From contig CAXGAI010000004.1 in the NCBI GenBank assembly GCA_964007735.1, positions 124,001 through 146,101 of the forward strand: a stretch of DNA of 22,101 nt, given 5' to 3'. The notes under the pieces are model-generated. The model did no database searches. It saw only the letters and a program-made list of their open reading frames with translations, and was not told where the DNA came from. Within the stretch, counting starts at the first letter, position 1, and every line of letters begins with the position of its first letter. This stretch comes from an uncultured Rhodopirellula sp. GTDB lineage: Bacteria > Planctomycetota > Planctomycetia > Pirellulales > Pirellulaceae. A program made the translations under genes and the position numbers. Shown here piece after piece: positions 17,961-22,101 of the stretch.

Positions 17961-18221
17961 ATGTTTGGCCTGTATGGGAAAGAACGGCGACTGAACACTC
18001 GCGAATCCGCGGGACGAATTCTACACGCCTTGACGCAGCAAGAGTCATCAAAAAAGTGCCCGAAATGTGAGGATTATGTATTAGCTGTTCGACCTTATCG
18101 AAGTCGCGGCAAAAATCTTCTACTCACTTTTTGTACATTGGGAATTTGGGTTGTCATATGGTGGTACGAAATGCTGAAGTATCCTGGATGGAGATGCAAT
18201 GATTGCGGTCATCAACTTTAA
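17961..18221 (+). CDS. Small membrane-associated Zn-ribbon protein (LITAF-like CxxC-hydrophobic-CxxC)
   Basis: CPKC ... LLLTFCTLGIWVVIWW ... WRCNDCG. ATG directly abuts the GH3 stop (TAGATG). Confidence 0.65.
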   Translation: MFGLYGKERRLNTRESAGRILHALTQQESSKKCPKCEDYVLAVRPYRSRGKNLLLTFCTLGIWVVIWWYEMLKYPGWRCNDCGHQL

Positions 18222-18438
18222 GCGGATACGGGAATTCTGCATCTTGCTTTAGTTATCGGGCAGTCATTCGATCGGGGATTTGCCAGGCGGGATTTTCCAT
18301 CGCCCCCGAGTTCACGCAGGAAGAGTCAACTCTCCCGACCGGGTTGTTTATGAGCACTATTGGTCTGACACAATTCAACTACAATGAAAATTCACATGTA
18401 ATGAATCAACACACTTTGTGAAAAGAGAAAAACGTATC

Positions 18439-18999
18439 ATGCTCGAAGCATCTGCTAGTCATATCCTTGTTGAAACCGAAGAAGTCTGTCTGGACTTAAA
18501 AGAACAAATCGAAGGTGGTTTGGACTTTGCCGCCGCTGCGGCAGAATTCTCAGCTTGTCCTTCCGGAGCTCAAGGTGGGTCTTTGGGGACATTCAGCCCG
18601 GGTCAAATGGTCCCTGAATTTGATAAGGTTGTTTTCGAAGAAGAAGTGGGAGTGATTCACGGGCCGGTGAAAACTCAGTTTGGATATCATTTAATCAAAA
18701 TCACAGATCGCGGTGCCAAGATTGAAGCCGCTGCTCGTCACATACTGGTTGAAACGAAAGAAGCTTGTGAAGATCTCAAAAGCCAGATTGCAGGTGGATT
18801 AGATTTTGCTGCGGCTGCGGCTGAGCATTCTAAATGTCCCTCCGGCTCTCGTGGTGGAGATTTAGGTACTTTTGGACGCGGGCAAATGGTGCCGGAGTTC
18901 GATCAAGTTGTTTTTGAAGAAGAACTTGGTGTTGTTCATGGGCCAGTGGAGACTCAGTTTGGCTTTCATTTGATCGAGATCACCAGTCGTGACGACTAA
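18439..18999 (+). CDS. ppiC: Parvulin-type peptidyl-prolyl isomerase with two tandem PpiC domains
   Basis: Two copies of AxHILV...FAAAAAExSxCPSG..GGxLGTF..GQMVPEFD..VF....G..HGPV.TQFG.HLI. ATG 18439 preferred over GTG 18418. Confidence 0.92.
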   Translation: MLEASASHILVETEEVCLDLKEQIEGGLDFAAAAAEFSACPSGAQGGSLGTFSPGQMVPEFDKVVFEEEVGVIHGPVKTQFGYHLIKITDRGAKIEAAARHILVETKEACEDLKSQIAGGLDFAAAAAEHSKCPSGSRGGDLGTFGRGQMVPEFDQVVFEEELGVVHGPVETQFGFHLIEITSRDD

Positions 19000-19280
19000 G
19001 TCTTCCCAGTGATTAACTGATCTTTTTGTTTACGTGTTAATTGCTTGATTGCGTATTCGCGTTTTAGCGCAGTGCTGCGATTCTCTGATTCTTCCTGATG
19101 CACTAATTTGACGGGTGTGCGAGCTCTTGTGTACCGGGCAGCCGTTCCGGCATTATGTTGCTCAAGCCGACGCTCAATATCATTGGTCATACCGGTGTAG
19201 AGTGTCCCGTCAGCACATTCAAGGATGTAGACAAACCAGAGGTGCGTGTTATCGACGCTATCAGAGGAAGACTGGCTCAT
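18996..19280 (-). CDS. GIY-YIG nuclease family protein (UPF0213, YhbQ/YazA-like)
   Basis: WFVYILECADGTLYTGMTNDIERRLEQHNAGTAARYTRARTPVKLV...ALKREYAIKQLTRKQK. Confidence 0.92.
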   Translation of the reverse strand: MSQSSSDSVDNTHLWFVYILECADGTLYTGMTNDIERRLEQHNAGTAARYTRARTPVKLVHQEESENRSTALKREYAIKQLTRKQKDQLITGKT

Positions 19281-19307
19281 CGTTTTAATCTAATCCTTCA
19301 TCTGAGA

Positions 19308-20180
19308 TTACCAGCCAGCAGTCTCCAGCACACGTAATGTTGCCTGAGACTTATTGAGGACATAGAAGTGCACGCCCGGAGCTCCGCTGTCAATTAGGTC
19401 CTGAACTTGAGCGATGGCCAATTCCACTCCGGCTTCAAATTGCCACTCCGTGTTGTCTTCGCCCTTCTCTCCCAGTCGTTGTATGAAAGATTCGGGAAGC
19501 TTGGAGCCACAGAGAGAAGTGATACGTTGGATTTGATTCAGATTGGTGACTGGAAGAATCCCGGGAACAATGGGGATATTGATACCAGCAGCAACGCATC
19601 GATCGCAGAATTCGAAATAGTCTTTGTTGTCATAGAATAATTGCGTGATGACTATGTCTGCTCCCGCATCTATTTTACGTTTGAGATTTTCCAGGTCAGC
19701 CTCAGCAGACGGTGCTTCTTGATGAACTTCCGGGTATCCTGCAACGGCTATTCCAAAGTTTGGGAATTCTGCCCGAATGAACTCAACCAATTCGTTGGCG
19801 TAACGAAAGCCACCTGCAACGGCCTTAAACTCGGTGTCTCCCTGAGGTGGGTCCCCCCTCAGAGCTACCAAAAAGTCAATGTCCTGCTGCGAAGCGTTTT
19901 CTAGATACTGGCGAAGATCATCCTGCGTGCTGCCGACACAGGTAAGGTGACTGGCGACGGGAATATTAAAGGTAGATTTAACCTGAGTAATGACGTCCAT
20001 CGTTTTGGTTTGTGTGGAACCGCCTGCGCCGTAGGTACAGGTAATGTAATCCGGAGCAAACTGCATCAATGCTTCAGTATGGCGCATCAGGGAAACGCCC
20101 CCTTTTTCAGTCTTAGGGGGAAAGAGTTCGAACGAGAGTCCTTTACGGTCTGCTGTATAGAATTGCGCGACTGATGCCAT
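19308..20180 (-). CDS. metF: 5,10-methylenetetrahydrofolate reductase
   Basis: LSFELFPPKT, TCTYGAGGS, HLTCVG, ALRGDPP, VAGYPEVH, KIDAGAD..ITQLFYD, IPIVPGILP, GVHFYVLN. ATG 20180 preferred over the 20204 start. Confidence 0.96.
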   Translation of the reverse strand: MASVAQFYTADRKGLSFELFPPKTEKGGVSLMRHTEALMQFAPDYITCTYGAGGSTQTKTMDVITQVKSTFNIPVASHLTCVGSTQDDLRQYLENASQQDIDFLVALRGDPPQGDTEFKAVAGGFRYANELVEFIRAEFPNFGIAVAGYPEVHQEAPSAEADLENLKRKIDAGADIVITQLFYDNKDYFEFCDRCVAAGINIPIVPGILPVTNLNQIQRITSLCGSKLPESFIQRLGEKGEDNTEWQFEAGVELAIAQVQDLIDSGAPGVHFYVLNKSQATLRVLETAGW

Positions 20181-20280
20181 GATGACCTGTTTTTTGTAAA
20201 TCAATCTTCAACGCTAATAATAAGTTACTTCGGCGATTTCATACAGATGGGCAAACCTAGAATTAAAGCCGGAAGGTAAA

Positions 20281-20300
20281 AGGGTTTGATTTTTAACCCT
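20281..20300. promoter_or_regulatory. Inverted repeat in the metF/sulfatase divergent intergenic region
   Basis: AGGGTT-tgattttt-AACCCT; function unknown. Confidence 0.25.
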
Positions 20301-20357
20301 GTAGAGTAAAATCGATCAACACATCGTCATCTTTGCAGCCCCTTTGAGTTGAGATTT

Positions 20358-21782
20358 ATGGGTAGTTATCAAAACCTTCGTTATTTAATCGTTCTTACTT
20401 TACTGTCGCTTTTCCCCGGTATTGTTCGGGGAGATAAACGCCCAAACATCCTTTTTATCTTTTCTGACGATCATGCCGTTAACGCTATTTCTGCCTACGG
20501 GAGCCGCTTGCAGGATGTAGCTCCAACACCGCATATTGATCGCATTGCTCGTGAAGGTGCTATTTTCAGGAACTCATTTTGTGCGAACTCGATTTGTGGC
20601 CCTTCCCGAGCCACCGTCCTGACGGGGTTGCACAGTCATAAGAATGGACGCATGCGAAATGGGGGAACCCCGTTTGATGGATCCCAGTGGACCTGTGCCA
20701 ATGCCTTACAGAGGGCCGGTTATCAAACAGCGGTGATTGGTAAGTGGCATTTGCGGAGTAATCCGGTTGGTTTTGACTACTGGGAAGTGTTGCCGGGACA
20801 GGGAAGTTATTACAACCCAGTGTTTATTCATATGGATGACTCACGAAAGCAGGACACCGGCTATGCCACAGATTTGACAACCGACAAGGCACTGACATGG
20901 TTGGATCAGCGCGACAAAGCTAAGCCCTTCTTTCTGATGTGCCAACATAAGGCACCGCATCGTACATTTGCTCCGGCATTAAGACATCTCGATGATTTTG
21001 ACGGGGTCGTTATTCCGGAACCGGATACGTTGTTTGATGAATATCAGAACCGAAGTACCACGTTAGCAACCAATGAGATGGAAATAGATCGTCACTTTGA
21101 TTGGGCTTATGACGCAAAAGTTCGCAAGGATGAGCGCGGAGACGTGGTATTGCCAAAGCCAGATCGCTATGGGACGCCTGAATATAATCGCATGAACGAT
21201 CAACAGAAGGCGGCTTGGGACGCACATTTTAGTCCGCTGAATCAGAAGTTTCTGAAGGACTTCCAAGATGGCAAATTAAGTCATGAAGATGTTGTTCGCT
21301 GGAAGTACCAGCGTTATATGAAGAATTATCTGGCAACCGTTCGAGCGGTGGATGAAAATGTGGGTCGCATGCTTCAATATTTAGATCAACATGATCTGGC
21401 TGAAAACACCATTGTGATTTACTCGTCTGATCAGGGCTTTTATTTGGGAGAGCATGGCTGGTACGACAAACGATGGATGTTTGAAGAATCCTTTAAAATG
21501 CCTTTTGTGATTCGTTGGCCTGGTGTCGTCCGACCGGGTTCGGAGCCTGATACGCTGATTCAGAATATTGATTATGCCCCGACTTTTGCTCAGGTTGCCG
21601 GGGTCGAAGTGCCAGCAAGTGTGCAGGGTAAGTCATTGGTGCCAGTGCTGACTGGGAACGTCGATCAATGGGATCGCGATTCTTTGTACTATGCTTATTA
21701 TGAAATTGGTGAACATGATGCTACAGGAACACATCCGTTTGATCTTGGTCTGCCACCATCTAAGTTTGCATTTAAAGGGTAA
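20358..21782 (+). CDS. Secreted S1 sulfatase, C-terminally truncated or chimeric after ~21717
   Basis: Signal peptide, RPNILFIFSDDH, NSICGPSRATVLTG, IGKWHL, HKAPHR, SSDQGFYLGEHGWYDKRWMFEES, NIDYAPT. After YYAYYEIGEH the expected GVRTxRYKL / ELxDLxxDPxE tail is missing. Confidence 0.9.
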   Translation: MGSYQNLRYLIVLTLLSLFPGIVRGDKRPNILFIFSDDHAVNAISAYGSRLQDVAPTPHIDRIAREGAIFRNSFCANSICGPSRATVLTGLHSHKNGRMRNGGTPFDGSQWTCANALQRAGYQTAVIGKWHLRSNPVGFDYWEVLPGQGSYYNPVFIHMDDSRKQDTGYATDLTTDKALTWLDQRDKAKPFFLMCQHKAPHRTFAPALRHLDDFDGVVIPEPDTLFDEYQNRSTTLATNEMEIDRHFDWAYDAKVRKDERGDVVLPKPDRYGTPEYNRMNDQQKAAWDAHFSPLNQKFLKDFQDGKLSHEDVVRWKYQRYMKNYLATVRAVDENVGRMLQYLDQHDLAENTIVIYSSDQGFYLGEHGWYDKRWMFEESFKMPFVIRWPGVVRPGSEPDTLIQNIDYAPTFAQVAGVEVPASVQGKSLVPVLTGNVDQWDRDSLYYAYYEIGEHDATGTHPFDLGLPPSKFAFKG

Positions 21783-21785
21783 ACA

Positions 21786-21827
21786 ATGAAAATCACAAGA
21801 AGACAACTTAGAAGAATTATTAAAGAA
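21786..21827 (+). other. Short foreign fragment encoding MKITRRQLRRIIKE (phage-like N-terminal peptide)
   Basis: atg aaa atc aca aga aga caa ctt aga aga att att aaa gaa, 3 nt after a TAA. It resembles the MKITKRQLRRIIxE N-termini I recall from uncultured marine large-phage proteins (recollection, not searched). Confidence 0.5.
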
Positions 21828-22101
21828 GGTCAGAAAAAAAATGTCTATACCAATTATATTTCTAACATCAAAAGATGAGGAAGTTGATGAACTATTAGGA
21901 TTAAAACTTGGAGCAGACGATTTTGTAAAAAAATCAGGCGGTTTTTCTATGAAAGTTTTAGTTGAAAGAATAAGAGTTCAATTAAGAAAAAAAATTGACA
22001 AGGCAGAAGATACAAAAAATATAATAACACACGGGAAGCTTAAGCTTGACCCGTCACAGCTTGAGTGCGAGTGGAATGGTAAAGCTCTCCCTGATAAACT
22101 A
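21811..22101 (+). CDS. chvI: Partial OmpR-family response regulator, ChvI-like (alphaproteobacterial, SAR11-like); both ends missing
   Basis: Not in the ORF track. Frame from 21811 reads EELLKKVRKKMSIPIIFLTSKDEEVDELLGLKLGADDFVKKSGGFSMKVLVERIRVQLRKK...HGKLKLDPSQLECEWNGK, the receiver C-half plus the start of the winged helix. Strongly AT-rich codons. Confidence 0.75.

Noticed and set aside
18203..18421. 72-aa ORF between the Zn-ribbon gene and ppiC
   Set aside because: Weak start overlapping the upstream gene, no SD and no recognisable motif; more likely intergenic sequence.
18996..19280. GIY-YIG gene as a homing endonuclease or mobile element
   Set aside because: It is the stand-alone ~95-aa UPF0213 type with no DNA-binding extension, intron context or flanking repeats.
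20181..20357. SAM riboswitch upstream of metF
   Set aside because: I could not find the SAM-I core (AUCxAGAG...GCAACC) or a SAM-II/V pattern on the minus strand; only a short inverted repeat is present.
221..21266. Numerous 60-116 aa alternative-frame and antisense ORFs in the track (e.g. 1208-1495, 4414-4662, 13264-13614, 19407-20174)
   Set aside because: All lie within or largely overlap well-supported longer genes and show no motifs; treated as shadow ORFs.
1..22101. CRISPR arrays, tRNA/rRNA genes, IS elements, integrases
   Set aside because: No regularly spaced direct repeats, cloverleaf or rRNA-like segments, or transposase/integrase motifs were seen; intergenic gaps are all under about 220 nt.

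Overview
About 21.7 kb of Planctomycetota-like chromosome (three sulfatases and a DUF1501 protein; taxonomy inferred from gene content), followed by a ~380 bp AT-rich tail that looks chimeric. Left flank: partial sulfatase, secreted sulfatase, MDR-family oxidoreductase, a 6-TM voltage-gated-type channel with an unusual TGGFGD filter and a 9-arginine S4, then DUF1501 and YunC genes on the minus strand. The centre (6215-18221) is a compact, apparently uncharacterised biosynthetic locus with no PKS, NRPS, ACP or terpene synthase core. It holds a membrane His-box desaturase, an exported membrane-anchored NTF2/SnoaL-like protein and a divergently transcribed integral membrane protein. These are followed by one tightly coupled operon of four tandem cobalamin-binding radical SAM paralogues, two GNAT-like proteins, a GH3-family acyl-acid amido synthetase and a small Zn-ribbon membrane protein. 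Right flank: a two-domain parvulin, a GIY-YIG nuclease, metF and a sulfatase that loses its C-terminus near 21717. The sequence then switches to a short MKITRRQLRRIIKE phage-like fragment and, through a 17-nt dual-frame overlap, to an alphaproteobacterial (SAR11-like) chvI fragment. All assignments come from motif recognition by eye; no database searches were run.
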